DNA of 64,000 nucleotides, from assembly GCA_035221665.1 (NCBI GenBank), contig CM069163.1:17856001-17920000 (forward strand), written 5' to 3'. The notes under the pieces are model-generated. The model had not been told where the DNA came from and did no database searches. It was given only the letters and a program-made list of their open reading frames with translations. Position 1 is the stretch's first letter. The number at the start of each line of letters is the position of its first letter. The translations under genes were made by a program, and so were the position numbers. This DNA comes from Okamejei kenojei (taxonomy: Eukaryota). Shown here piece after piece: positions 1-12,803 of the stretch.

Positions 1-384
1 TTACAAAATTCTTAAGGGGTTGGACAGGCTAGATGCAGGAAGATTGTTCCCGATGTAGGGGAAGTCCAGGACAAGGGGTCACAGCTTAAGGATAAGGGGG
101 AAATGCTTTAAGACCGAGATGAGAAATACTTTTTTCACACAGAGAGTGGTGAGTCTCTGGAACTGTCTGCCACAGAGGGTAGTTGAGGCCAGTTCATTGG
201 CTATATTTAAGAGGGAGTTAGATGTGGCCCTTGTGGCTAAGAGGATCAGAGGGTATGGAGAGAAGGCAGGTACGGGATACTGAGTTGGATGATCAGCCAT
301 GATCATATTGAATGGCGGTGCAGGCTCGAAGGGCCGAATGGCCTACTCCTGCACCTAATTTCTATGTTTCTATGTTTCTATGTT
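1..384 (+). mobile_element. CR1-type LINE, 3' end (ORF2 C-terminus, 3'UTR, octamer tail)
   Basis: Frame 2 reads YKILKGLDRLDAGRLFPM*GKSRTRGHSLRI...FFTQRVVSLWNCLP...FKRELD, the typical CR1 ORF2 C-terminus. It ends in (TTTCTATG)n. Confidence 0.92.
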
Positions 385-971
385 CCTGTGCTGTATTCTT
401 CTATGTTTGAATTCCTGTTGAACTGTAGTTGGAAGAATGGCAGCATTAGTATGACTCATTACCATCTGTATTGAGCCAAAATCTGCAATGACTACATGTT
501 TCAATCAAAAGCAGAATACTGTGTTGCAAGGCATATGGCAACAACCAAACAAAACAACTGGTCCGTGTCGCATGCACTGACAACATTTTGCTTTAAAATG
601 TAATTTTTTGCATCTTGAGTGAGAAATAAAAGCTTCAAGAATATTGAAGAATGAGTGGAGAGCAGCAAACAAAACACCAGGCAGAATTTTTCACGTTAAA
701 CCAGCAACAGAACAATCACCAGCATCATCAAGATCTGTTGGAATGGGGAATTGGTGTGGGAGAGCAATCTTCACAAAGTAAAATGCCCTCATGAAGTAAA
801 ACAGTTCTAAACCCCAACATTTAATGAGTGTTGTCGTTCGGCAAACTAAGTGCATCGTCAAGTCAAGAATCATTAGATATGTACCAGTAATGATTCTTGC
901 ATGCTGCCGCTGTACATGCCCATTAACGCAACAGCACACACCAATACCACAATCAATAACCCCACCACAAT

Positions 972-1330
972 CAGTCTGAAGGAGGGTCCTGACATGAAAC
1001 GTCATCTATCCATGTTCGCCAGAGATGCTGCCTGACCCGCTGAGCTTATAAGAACAAGGGGAAAGAAGATAAGACTTCACTGTCTTCCATCACAGTGAGG
1101 AATGTGGGGGAGCTGCGGTGGTGGATGTTTATGTTAACGTTTATGTAGTTGTATGCCTTGCTTTTTCTGGTGTATGGTACATTTTTCTGGACCTTGAGTG
1201 TAATAAAAGTTACTTACTTTTTCTGACTGTATGGTAAATTAAATGTCACTGTACCTTAAATGGTACGCATGATAATAAAGGACCATTGAACCATTGCGCT
1301 ACACCAGCACTTTGTGTCTTTTTTCAACAC
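972..1330 (+). mobile_element. Penelope-derived short unit (degenerate hammerhead core) interrupted by a LINE/SINE 3' fragment at about 1047-1296
   Basis: ctgaaggagggtcctgacatgaaacgtc...gatgctgcctgacccgctgag resumes at about 1297 as ..caccagcactttgtgtc. The insert ends aataaaggaccattgaaccattg. Confidence 0.6.
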
Positions 1331-2457
1331 ACAAATAAATATGTAGTCATACATAATCCAATAAATTAGGAATTGTAATGCCGGGTAACCATAATAGTGC
1401 AAAAACCGAAGTCCGCAGTGCAACCAAAGACACAGTCCATAGAAAAGAATTGCTGAGGTAGTTGTTAATATTGTGCTTGCCCTTCCCGGAAATCAACAAT
1501 CACCTCCTTGATCTTGCTAACATTGAGAGCAAGATTGTTGTCCCGGCACCATTCAATCAGATTATCAACCTGCTCCCTGTTCTCTGACAGCAGTAACTCT
1601 TACTCTTATGTAGTCGGAGTGAAGTCAGTCTAGAAAACAACAACTCTAAAGATCCTGAGTACATGTTTATAACTCAACCCACTCATCGAATAACTCAGCC
1701 TTGGGTGGAAGTGAACATCTGCAACTTCTGAAACAGTACAACACTCTGTCCACACGAACAATGAATAAAGTTGTAATAATAAACAATTAAGAATAATAAA
1801 TAATCTTCACTGTTGTGCCGCTCTAATTCAATGAGGAAATGCCAGGATAGAAGTTCCTTAAAATTGAACTGCACCTTTGAGAATTCTGTAAATATTTTAG
1901 TGGCAAGAATGTTATTAGATATTCTGTTTCGGCTCAGATATATCCTTTGGAGTTATAACATTAGCCTTTCACATTGGAGAGATCACACATGCAAAGCTGA
2001 CAGCCAACCCCAATTGCATCAAACGGAAGGTTCTCGAACAGAATGTTGGTATGTCAGTGTGAATACAAAGCAATTCATAGCTTTAGAGCCCAATTCAAAA
2101 TGAGATGTCAGTACATAACTTATTTACTTACTTACTTTTTATTAAAGACTCAAGGTCCAGATAAAAGAGAAGACATTACATAGAATAAATTGCATACAAA
2201 AGCACAATAAATTACATACAATAGCACGATACATGTTTTAAGATCAAGAATTAAAAAAATCAGTGTCCTACAACAAGACAACTATACCAATGTCTCTACA
2301 GATGGGATTGGTAGCGTGTAGTGCTAAACCTGATGTTTTATAAGGCCAAGATGATTTCATTTTCAGATTCATTAATCCAGCAAATAAATTTATACATAAG
2401 ATTTCTTAAGACAGTTTGTAAATTACATTAAATTTCATTATAAGCTACATTAAGTCT

Positions 2458-2769
2458 TATTTCCTTTGCTCCATAGATGATGTCTCACCCGCTGAGTTTC
2501 TCCAGCATTTTTGTCTCCTCATATTTCGCTTGGGCAGTTTGCACCCCAGCGGTATGAACATTGACCTCTAATTTCAGGTAGTCCTTACTTCCCCCCTTCT
2601 CGCTCCTCCTCAGCCCTCTGGCTCCACCTCTTCCTTTCTTCCTCCCCCCCCCCACCCCACCCTCACATCTTTAGACTAAAGAAGGGTTTCGACCCGAAAC
2701 GTTGCCTATTTCCTTCGCTCCATAAATGCTGCCTCACCTGCTGAGTTTCTCTAGCATTTTTGTCTACCT
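2458..2769 (+). mobile_element. Penelope-like element 3' fragment in partial tandem (pLTR-like direct repeats)
   Basis: TSD ttaagtct at 2450-2457 and 2770-2777. Direct repeats at 2458-2516 and 2707-2765. The interior encodes LIFRLGSLHPSGMNID (GIY-YIG C-terminal motif), then a pyrimidine tract and a hammerhead-like core at 2676-2703. Confidence 0.8.
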
Positions 2770-3099
2770 TTAAGTCTCTGTAAGCTTGCTTTTCTGTAGT
2801 TTGATCACAGGTCAATTCAATCACATAAATGGAAGCCAGTCAAGTATGATGCAACCTCTCATCATGCCACATATAACCTGCAAAGTTTGCAAAGCTGCAC
2901 CTACTTCAGATCTCAAGTAATCAAATGATTCATTCCATAGAGGCTGAGCAGATGTATGAATGATGTTGCTCACAATTACCATTGAGGGACTTTGAAAGTT
3001 AACCAATTGGTTTAGGGAGACGTCAAGCCACCACAATGTCAAATTTACCATAACCAATGAAAGGGTTAATGTTCACGGTGATTTTGTAGACATTGGTGT

Positions 3100-3610
3100 T
3101 CGTTTGCTATTGTCACGTGTACCAAGATCCAGTGAAAAGTTTTTGTTTGCGTGCTATCCAGTCAAATCAAGTCATACTATAATATGTGTCATGCACAGGT
3201 ACAACAGAGTGAAAGATAACAGGACGCAGAATATCATGCTATAGCACTGTCACGTTAGAGTTACAGAGAAAAAGTCCATCATCCGCAATGAAGGAGATTG
3301 GGACTACACCCTAGCATATGGGAGGACCATTCAGTAATCTGATAACAATGGTGAAGGAGCTGTTTTTGAATCTGGTGGCATACACTTTCAAAGTTTGTAT
3401 CTTCTGCCTAAAGGAGAGGGAAGAAGAGTGTACGATTGGGTGATAAAGGTCCTCGATTATGTTGGCTGCTTTCCTGAGGTAGTCTAAAGTGTGTATGCAG
3501 TTGACGGTGGGGAGATTGGTCAGTGTGATTTTCATCCCCAACTGTTGGCAGTTTCATGCAGTCTTTGGGCAGAGCTGTTCCCAAACCAAGCTGTTTTGCA
3601 ACCCTGATAA
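3100..3610 (-). mobile_element. Rex1/Babar-like LINE 3' fragment
   Basis: Minus-strand translation LRKAANIIEDLYHP...TRFKNSSF..VIRLLN. Similar to the 16728-17325 copy. Confidence 0.75.
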
Positions 3611-3749
3611 TTAATGGTATAATAGATTCCCTGTTCTGAAAGTGACTAGTTCCACGTCACTGAAAGTTACCATTAAAAGGGTTAATTGCATCTTGTGCTG
3701 TTTGGTGTAATGTAAATATTGAGCCTGTTAACTTACTGCTTTTTAACAT

Positions 3750-3858
3750 CAATCTGAAGAAGGGTCCTGACCCAAAATGTCGTCTGTCCATTCCCTTCAT
3801 AGTTGCTGCCTGACCCGCTGGGTTCCCCCAGCAAGTTGTGCTTTGCTCAAAATCCCAG
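3750..3858 (+). mobile_element. Penelope-derived short unit with mutated hammerhead core, interrupted by the Rex1 LINE
   Basis: ctgaagaagggtcctgacccaaaatgtc at 3754-3781 followed by the family tail. The remainder resumes near 4673. Confidence 0.7.
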
Positions 3859-3859
3859 T

Positions 3860-4672
3860 AAGTATGTAAGTTAAGTAAGTTATATTGCGCAAGTATTCAC
3901 AACACAATGGTAATTGCCATGGGTGCAACCGCCCATCATCAAGTAACAAACAACATGACATTCAGTGACAGTTTACAAATGACTTAGAAAATCATAATAT
4001 TAAATAATAACTTAAACTTTAATGAAAACACAACTACATTGGATCAAGCATGTGAAATCCAACAAAATACCATATCCAAAGGGAGGCTACAGATTTTTGG
4101 CTGTTGAGGTAAGAGCAACTACTCGTGGATAAATAAAAACTGTTTTTAATAGTCTGGCTGATGGCAGCTTTGACAGTCCTGTCGCCTTCCAGAGGGAAGA
4201 TGATTCTAAAAGAGTTGTGGCCAGGGTATGAGAGTGGTCAGAGATGATCATGCTTCTGCTCGCTTCCTGCCCTTGCAGGTGGTACAGTTTCATCAATAGG
4301 GAAGGTTGTAATCCAAATAAGTTTCTTTGCAGATCGGACGATTTCACTGCCAGCCTCATAGGTGTCGTGGCTTGGTGAGCTTGAGCCAAACCAGACCATG
4401 ATGGAGCAAGTGAGAACAGACTCTAACGATGGCCGTGTAGAATTGGACCATCATTGCCTGTGGCAGATTGTGCTTCCTCAGTTGCTGCAGGAAGTACATC
4501 CTCTGTTGTGCCTTTTTGACTGTGGAGTCGATGGTAGCCCCCCACTTAAGGTCCTTGGAGATGATGGTACCCAGGAACTTAAAAGACACCACAGAAGTGA
4601 CTGTGGTGTTTTAGATGGTGAGTGGGTGAGAGGGGAGGGGGAGCTATCCTAAAGTCTACGATCAATTCCACT
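3860..4672 (-). mobile_element. Rex1/Babar-like LINE, 5'-truncated
   Basis: ORF 4356-4592 reads SFKFLGTIISKDLKW...KKAQQRMYFLQQLRK..LPQAMMVQFYTAI. Short (ACTTA)-like tail at 3860-3880. Confidence 0.85.
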
Positions 4673-5004
4673 GCAGTATAAGCAGTTCCTTTGTCTCGAC
4701 CCATTCCCATTCCTTCTATCTAGAGATGCTGCCTGTCTCGCTGATTTACTCCAGCTGTTTGTGTCTATCTTCGGTTTCAAGGTCAGTTTATTGTTATAAA
4801 TAACAATTAAGGTACAGTGAAAGTTTAAACCAACATCTGCAGTTCCTTCTTACACCTTTTATCTCTGATATTAAACATGAAGATTGAAGGAGATGTCATT
4901 GTTCCGAGACTTCAGTTGTATTTCTCTCTTCACAGATGCCCGAGTATTTGTAATTTTAGCATCTCCTGCTTTTATCTCAGAGTGACGGCATCTGCGGGGT
5001 TTTA

Positions 5005-5450
5005 GTTTTGCAGCGGCAGCGGCAGCGGCAGCTCCCGGTGACGTCAGCGCGCAGTGACGCGAGGGGGTGCAGGGCTCCGCCTCTCGGGCAGCGGCGCATG
5101 CGCGCGCGGTGGCTGCGGTTGCTTTGGGAGAAGCGGCTGCGCTCCATTCAAAGAAGGCGGCGGCGGCGGAGGAGAGGAGAGAGAGAGAGAGGTGAGAGCC
5201 GGCTCCAACGCTGAGCTGTGAGGCGGGAGGGGAGTGGAGTGAGTTGGGGGAGAGAAGACCGGTCCGCGCGAGGGAGGGAGGGTTTAAAACCGCCCCGCGC
5301 TGAGTCCGGCGGCGGCGGCGGCGGCGGTTTGCTATGCACCGGCGGGATCGCGCCCCGTCCGCTGCAGACTTTACCGGGGACAGGCTTGCACGCTAACCCC
5401 CCCCCCCCCCCACTACTTGCACACACACCGTGCCGTTTTACATGCTTTTC
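5005..5450 (+). promoter_or_regulatory. CpG island / probable NCS1 promoter with CRE, NRF1 and GC-box motifs
   Basis: Dense CpG in an AT-rich background. Full CRE TGACGTCA at 5039-5046, half CRE TGACG at 5055-5059, NRF1 palindrome GCGCATGCGC at 5094-5103, CCGCCC at about 5290, and GGC repeats. Confidence 0.8.
5110..5191 (+). other. NCS1: Probable non-coding first exon of NCS1 (start approximate)
   Basis: Donor-like AG|GTGAGA (gt at 5192) just downstream of the promoter motifs. TSS not determinable. Confidence 0.5.
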
Positions 5451-8400
5451 CAACGGCAGAAACTTTTTTTTTTCCCCAGCGCAATCACTGCATACTCTGC
5501 ACAAATTTACACAGATTTGAAAAATGTCCAACTCTTTCAACTTTAATTTGCAGCGATCCGCCTCAGATCAACACATTTTACCATGGGCCTCAAGTAGTTT
5601 CTTCACTAGAAATCGAATCAAGGAGGCGTGCATCGGATGATCGATTCCGTGCTGGCTGCTTTAAATTTTACAACTAAAACGGATTTTTTTTTAACCCCAA
5701 TAATGTATGGTCCAGTTTGAAAAGATAGTCTGTCCGTATTTCCTTAAAAAATACCAACCATCAGTCGTGTTGGTAGGTGGGCGTGGAATCCTTGCGTGCG
5801 TACTTTAATTTCGTTCTGTTTGTGGGTGGATTGGAGTGGTGGGTGTTGAGGGATGATTTTTAGATGACACGTATGAGCTGTATTTTGGAAACGGACTTGA
5901 ATTTGTTTTACTTTTTCAACCCAACAGATGCCTTTAAAACGCTTATTTCCCTCTCCAGTTTTTTTCAATATGAATTTCCCTTTTATGCGTAATCTGGAGT
6001 CTCTTCGAATGTCCCAGCGCTTTGGGCTGTTTGTTGTCGGGTATGATCTCAAGCCCGCTGGTGGGAGGAGCAATAGTTTACCAGGTTTTCTCTTTGTCTG
6101 CAATGTGTATGCCTCACGCTTATCTACATCGTATAAAGACACGATTTAGATTTGTAGCAGAGAAGACTCCTGATCTTGCTTGAAAATGCTAATTTTTGGG
6201 AATAAGATCGAAACAGGTTATGTTTTGTAACCAGAATACATAACTCCTAATAAATTTGATTTTCGTAGGAAATGTGTGCCCATTGAGCTTAAAATCTATT
6301 AACATCAAGTTGTACTTAAACCTCGGGCAATATTATCAGATCCAAAATGAAGCAATTTTAAATAGCACATTAAAAAAATGAAAACCACGTTGTATCTTTT
6401 TCTCTTAATTGTGTATATAACAAGCAATGAATCAATGGTGCTGCATTGCAAATTGACTTTTGTAGAATGTCAGATTTATGTTTTGTTACTTTAAAAAACA
6501 TGTTGCATAACATACTGCAAGAAAGAGTCAGACAAACATTAAAAGCAATTCAATAATGTATGTCTGCCACAGAGAAGCAACATGGGGCATTTTCTTTGGG
6601 GCATTGCACCTCTAATATTTCTTTATTTTAATATTTTTACTTCATTGTAAGCTAATATTAATTTGAATTGTTTATCTATTCTCTATTTTTCCTATGTGAT
6701 GGGGTTAAATGGTCAGTGTTGACAATTAGAACAGATTTGCCCGCAGTAAACCCGCAGAGCGTGAATACAAGTAAAATTAAGTGATTGCCGTTAATTTTAG
6801 TTTCAGTTATTCTGGACTTCATTTCCATAACTATTTTACTCCATTTTATCTGCTCATTTCGTATCAAAAGTGGTGCAAATTAACAATTAGCAGGAGTAAT
6901 TTGAAGTTGTTAAAAAACAATGTTCGAAATCTTTCTATGTGAGAAAAAAGGGAATCCCAGATGGTCTTCCTGTATTTATGATGCTTGCAAATTCTGCTGC
7001 ATACATCGGAAATGAGTGAACTTGTGGAGATACTGTTCTGCAAGCATTACAATTTGGGCATGTGTGGGAAGGATCAAATATTCACTACAGTGTTAGCCAA
7101 ACATTGTTTATCTTTGTCACTGTGTAGCACATTTTTATTACATATGAAATAATTTAAACCGGAATAGGTTCAATGATAAATGAGGCTTGAGCATTTTGAC
7201 TGAGAAGAGAGTAAAGCAAGGGCTCCAAGTCGACATGGTATGTCAAGATGGTGTTTATTTGTCATGTGCACTGCAGATGGACTATGAAAGTCTCATTTGC
7301 AGGCACATTATAGGTTCTGGTTTCTTTCTCCCCCCCCCCCCCCCCCCACCGGTAGCCATATAAATCTTAAAGGAAAACTATGTACACTTGGTAAGAACTG
7401 TGTTTAGTGCAGTCTCCTCCATGAAAGGACTCGGAACGCACTTGTGCAAATGTGAAAGGGGAAGGGGATATGTGCTGTTGTTTGTAGAACCAATACCTGG
7501 AGAAGAAAATGAACTGAAGCCTTGGGCAAGTATTCAGTTTAATTAACAATTGAGCAAGGATAAATCATGATAGTTTGTCGTCATAAACAATGGTTTCTTC
7601 ATCAAAGTAGTTATGTAACAATATCAATCTGTGTTCCATTTTGACCTCCAACTACTGCAGTCTATTCTCTTCTGAAAGGATATACTTGCATTGGAGCACA
7701 AACCATGTTCATGATAGTCCAGCCTTGAATCACTTTAAGACTTGATTGATGTACTTGGGGCAACTTGCCATTGGCATATTCCATATACATGTGTTTTGCC
7801 AGTTTAGGGCAGTCAAAATGAGGAAATTCTGTTTAAGATTCAGTTTATGGTTCAACTAATGCCAATTAATTGCATAATCGTCCATTTGCTCTGTTTGCCT
7901 TTCTACCACAGAACCTTTGAGTTTTTTTGACTCAAGCAGCTGTTCAAACCTCATTAATTGACACAGGCCAACATAGTTATATTTTCTTTGCAATATTATA
8001 CAAATGGTCCATTGTCTTTATTTAGGGGGGGGGGGGGGGGGGCCAATATTTTACAGTCATTTATTGTTAAATTTATGGTCCACTTCCACTCCATTGAATA
8101 TTAATCATGTACTGTTTCTCACAACACTCAACTTAAAGTGAAACTTGTCGAAAAGCCCACACAGTGCCATTCATTTCTATACTCAAAGGTAGTCATTTGG
8201 TCACTGCATGTCAACATTATTATGCTTTGTTCTGTTGTCAATTGTAAATCCTCATTTCATTTATATAAATTATTCCATTGCTTTGGTAACCGCCTGTGCC
8301 TCTACAGCTTCATCAATCTCTCTCTCACCAAATTATATGCATTTTCCCTAGTAATATTTCCTTTTCCTTACTGCTACAGACACTTTTGTGGCCAAACTCG

Positions 8401-8809
8401 TTAATAAACTGTCCCGTTCACAATTGACACTTCTTACCCTGAATATCCTTCCCATGAAGATTGAGTGACTTGAAACCATTTAAAAACGTACCTCCCCTCA
8501 GCAAAAAACTTCTGTTAACTTGCCTAAACCCTTCTCCTACTTTGAAAATGCCATAGACAAAATATTTAATTTTCTTCCCCAATTCAGAAGTACTTAGAGA
8601 AGATTATGAGCCCCAACGGATAACTGCTGCAAAAATAGAAGCACGGTTAAACTTCAATTTTTACCCTCTTTCTGTATGGACAAGGCAGAATATTTTTCCA
8701 GTGATATTCATCTACCATGTCCATTGCAGACCCATTTAACCCATCAACCCTGAAATTCGCAACTACTATGACCAACTAGACCAGGTAGACAACAGCCATT
8801 ATTTTTTTT

Positions 8810-9350
8810 GTCAATCGCTACTTGTATTGATGCATTGCCAGAATGAGGGGCCACACACGCCTACTGGGCGACATAGTACACTCACATTTTCGCTTAGGTA
8901 ACGTAAACAATGGAAATCTCTCCATTTTCAAGCAACATCACCCCCTTCCTCTTTTGTGCCCCACCCTGCATTTCTTGCAGTATTTTCACCCTCTTCCCCC
9001 TTTCAACCTCACCAATCCCTTCCTCTCGCTTATGCATTTAACTCCTCACCTTATCTGACTCTTCTTTTGTCAACTTTTCATCTCCAGTCCATGTCACTTA
9101 CTCCACCCATCTGCCAATCATCAGCTTATCGACCCACCACTTGCCTGGCTTGTCCCTCCCCCAACCTCTTTACCAGCTTTCTCCCCCCAGCTCCATCAGT
9201 CTGAATGAATGGCTCCGACCCGAAACATTGTAAAAAAAATATTGGGGGGGGGGGGGGGGAAAAGCAAATTCCATGTCCTTTAGAGATGCCTGACTCGTTG
9301 AGTTGCCCCTCATTTTGTGTTTTGCACTGATTCCCAACTGCACGGCTTCC
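8810..9350 (+). mobile_element. Penelope-like element 3' fragment (decayed GIY-YIG end, pyrimidine tract, degenerate hammerhead)
   Basis: cattgccagaatgagg...ctcacattttcgcttaggta resembles the same ORF end as 2517-2580. ctgaatgaatggctccgacccgaaacatt at 9201-9229. Confidence 0.65.
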
Positions 9351-9579
9351 TATATGGAATGCTTAAGCTATAATGGGAAACGAAGATGAAAATGTGTTGC
9401 AGTTCAGTTACATGATTACCCTTTGGTACGTTAATTGTAACAAACTCATTTTCAAGATATGAATGTCACTGACTAGATTGGCATTTATTGCCAATGCTTA
9501 ATTGCCCCTGAAGGGATGACAGTAAGCTATTGTCTTCACCTAAATGATAGTTTCTCTGAAGGCACTCCCACAGCACCTA

Positions 9580-9820
9580 GACTGTGGAATAGCATCCCTC
9601 TTCTCATCAGAACTGCCCCCTCCATCGACTCCTTTAAATCTAGACTTAAAACCTATTTCTACTTACGAGTGTTTCTTGAGGTCCTCTGAGGGAGCGCTGT
9701 ATGTATTCATGTATGTATTGTTATATCTGTGTACCATTGTATGCAGCACGTTAGTACCTGCACTGATGTAAAGCATCAACAAGAGTTGTGTTTAAATGCT
9801 ATAGAAATAAAATTTGACTT
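9580..9820 (+). mobile_element. L2-type LINE 3' end
   Basis: Translates LWNSIPLLIRTAPSIDSFKSRLKTYFY, followed by a 3'UTR ending aaatgctatagaaataaaatt. Confidence 0.7.
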
Positions 9821-10830
9821 GGCAGCGCTGATGGGTAAGTATTTCGATTTCATACTAGAGAATTGATATAAATGACCGGTGATTTATTTCAATGGGTTTT
9901 GATGGCAGAATGTGATCATTGCTCATGGTGGTTTTGTATCGAAGAACCCGGGTTCTGAATTTAGAGCCGGAGTTTAGTGCAGATAAAGGATCAAATGTGT
10001 GGACATTATAATCTATATGGCCTAGCCAATTACACTGCCTTAAGTAGCTGAGTTATCAGCGGTGCCTTGTCCAGCAATGCATTTTCCACTTGTTTTTCAG
10101 ATTTCCTGTCACTTGATCCTTTTCGCTGCAATTGCAATAAAAATCAATTTGACTTAATCATGTGACTGGGTAATTGCATCAATGCTTACAGTACCTGCAC
10201 TGTTTTATTTCTTCCAGGATTCCAAACCTGTGGCGTTGGTTAAACACTCTGTGCACTGCAATCCAGGACATCAATGCGTTGAGAGAGTTGACCATATGCA
10301 GTGCTGCATGCTGTGATCATGCTTGAATGGTTTAAAGTGCATATCCATCACATCTAAAAATAGACAGGAATAAAACAACTAATTAAGTTGATTCAATCCA
10401 GAAGATACAAAAGACAAAGAAAAGCTGAAAATGCCACTAATCTCCCCAAGGGGCTAAACTGAGCAAACCATCGCTGCAGCTAAAGACAGCAGGTATCAAC
10501 ACTACGTACCAAAGGACAGTGGATTTGAAGGAGTAAAGAAAAACCTGGAGTCAGTTTTGACATATTCAATGTTTGAACTACCGGTGGTGGAGGGAACAAA
10601 CAGTTTCCCAGTATTAAACATGCCAGGGAAACCACAGTTGAGCAGATTACGCAGGACGCGCAGGAGGCACCCTGAGAGAATCTTTGACAATTTCAGTAAA
10701 TAACTCAGCAACACATAATATTCTTTCTGGCCTGTTTGAATTCTGATTTCTTCAATCTTTCATAAGAGGGCGAGGCAGGACACCTGACTGAAAAGTGCAT
10801 TTTCCCATGTGGAGTTACAGTATTGCTGCA

Positions 10831-10899
10831 ATGGGCAAGTGCAACAGTAAGCTGAGAAACCTGAAGATGGTGGAAGAGCTGACAGCGAAGACGTAGTTG
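10831..10899 (+). CDS. NCS1: NCS1 coding exon 1 (N-myristoylation motif), disrupted as assembled
   Basis: MGKCNSKLRNLKMVEELTAKT* versus canonical [21 protein letters not shown]. Donor gtaag at 10900. Length is 69 nt instead of the 64 needed, with TAG at 10894-10896. Likely upstream acceptor ttttatttcttccag| at 10217. Confidence 0.85.
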
Positions 10900-12803
10900 G
10901 TAAGGTATTACATGGAAAATGTGGACAATATGAATACATGTATTTTCAAAATGTCAGTAAATATTTTTTTCACTACCTCTTTTGGATAGTCAATTAACGA
11001 GCTTGTTTATTCTTGCTGTAATGCAAAATGCACCACCCATCGCACACAGAATACACATACCCATTGAATTTGCCAGTCTATTTGTTGATTGGTCAAAAAT
11101 TTTACTTACTAACTTTCTTGGGTCACCTCCCTTCCATAAACAGTAAGACCCTATTAATCTTCTGTGCCAGACCTGCAGAATTTCCAGACTATTGGATGGC
11201 AATCCTATTAATACCCTCAGCACTCCCTTAAGTCGCACTTATTTAGAAATTACACAGTACAGGCGACTCTTGAATTAAAGCATAGCAATTCTTATTGATG
11301 TTTTCCATAAAACGAAGCAGCATTGTCTGCATGTGTACAAGAAAAGTGAGTTGAATTTTTTTGCATAAATTCAGTTTTATTGAATCTTATTCTACATCAG
11401 TTATTGGGGTAGTGATTTACAAACTCTACCAAGGCTAATTTATTTTACCTAATCAGCTGTAATGCAGGGATACCCTTTATCATAACGTTTCCAGTGAATC
11501 CAGTTAGTTTAAATGTGAGTGCAGGGAAATAGGGCCCCGGTGGGTTTCAAAGGAAGAGAAGAAATTGGGATCCGCAATGGGTCCTAGAGGAATGTGGGAA
11601 GCCAGGGCCCCAGCAGCTTTCAAGGGAGCACGTGAAGCACCAACAGATAAGAAAGATGCTGATTGTAAGGATTATCAAATAATGGGGGGGAGCAAGTAAG
11701 ATTACACTGATTACTTCCCCTTTGCTAAACACAATTCTTAAACTGATGTTTAAGAATCCTCCCGGCACCCAGCTAATGCAGCGTGTAACCGACCATCCTG
11801 TGCTATGTAAGATGTGTGTGTGTGCAGCTGTGCTGACACGCATAATTTTCCAAAGGATCGTAGATAGTCCTGTTGGCAAATCCCTTGCAGCGATATTTGT
11901 ATAGAGCTCCTTTTTCCCTTCCACATAATTTTGCGAATTGAGAGCTAAAAGCTATTTAGATTTTTTTTTGCCATCATAGTGTGAAATAACATGAACTTTA
12001 CTGATGAATCACCATCCTGAACAAACATTATAAGTGTATTCTTAGCATCAGTGGGTGTCAATTTCTCATGCTTGAAACTGTACTAGCGAGCATGGTTCAC
12101 ATCTGGAACATGCATGCTATCCTGTCCACCTGAAAGTTAACTTGCTATGCTCTTGGAGATACTGGTACAATAGTCAGAAATCTGATCTTTGGAACCTTAA
12201 ATTGTAGTAAACTAGTTAGGGAGCAAGTAAAGTAGGCCATAAACCATGATAAGAACATGGAACATAGTGCAGGTAAGTCTGACCAAACTGCCAGATAGGG
12301 ATTAAAATAAGATGCTTTACGTTAATCTCCCCGTGCATGTTGTAGTCATGCCTGTTGGCAGTAGGGTTGACAGAAGTGACCTCTTCCCTCCCTTTGTTAA
12401 GACAAACCTTTTTTGAACAGTTAAAGACATTCTGTAAAGTTCAGTTGGCACTGCTACAATGATAAATGAAACATTCAGGAGCTGTGGATTTAATTAGAAG
12501 CTGAATGTTATGTCACTGCATTTTAACACTATTCCTTACTCCACGATGATCTAAAAGGGCTTTGCTTCTATAAAGACAGTGGATTTCCAATGTTATTCAC
12601 AGTGGTTATAGAAGCACAGCAATCAGATGAACAAAGTGAACCTGTCATATAGGACAGTTTGCATGCGGACTACAGACAACTATGAAGTCATGGAACCCAC
12701 TGGTTAATTTTCAGCTTTGCCATTGATCATGTACAGTAGGATGGTTAGCCGGTAATGAGACAATGCGACTCCATGAACTTCCCATTCATCCCCAGAGCAG
12801 TTA

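Noticed and set aside
5008-5540. Overlapping Arg/Gly/Pro-rich ORFs in the CpG island
   Set aside because: Expected by-product of stop-poor GC-rich, low-complexity DNA; no recognisable domain.
10885-10910. Alternative donors (gt at 10893, 10896, 10905) to rescue coding exon 1
   Set aside because: They give the wrong phase for exon 2 or retain the TAG.
11740-11940. Possible conserved intronic enhancer (also about 53100-53300 and 62400-62700)
   Set aside because: Looks unique and motif-rich, but cannot be supported without cross-species alignment.
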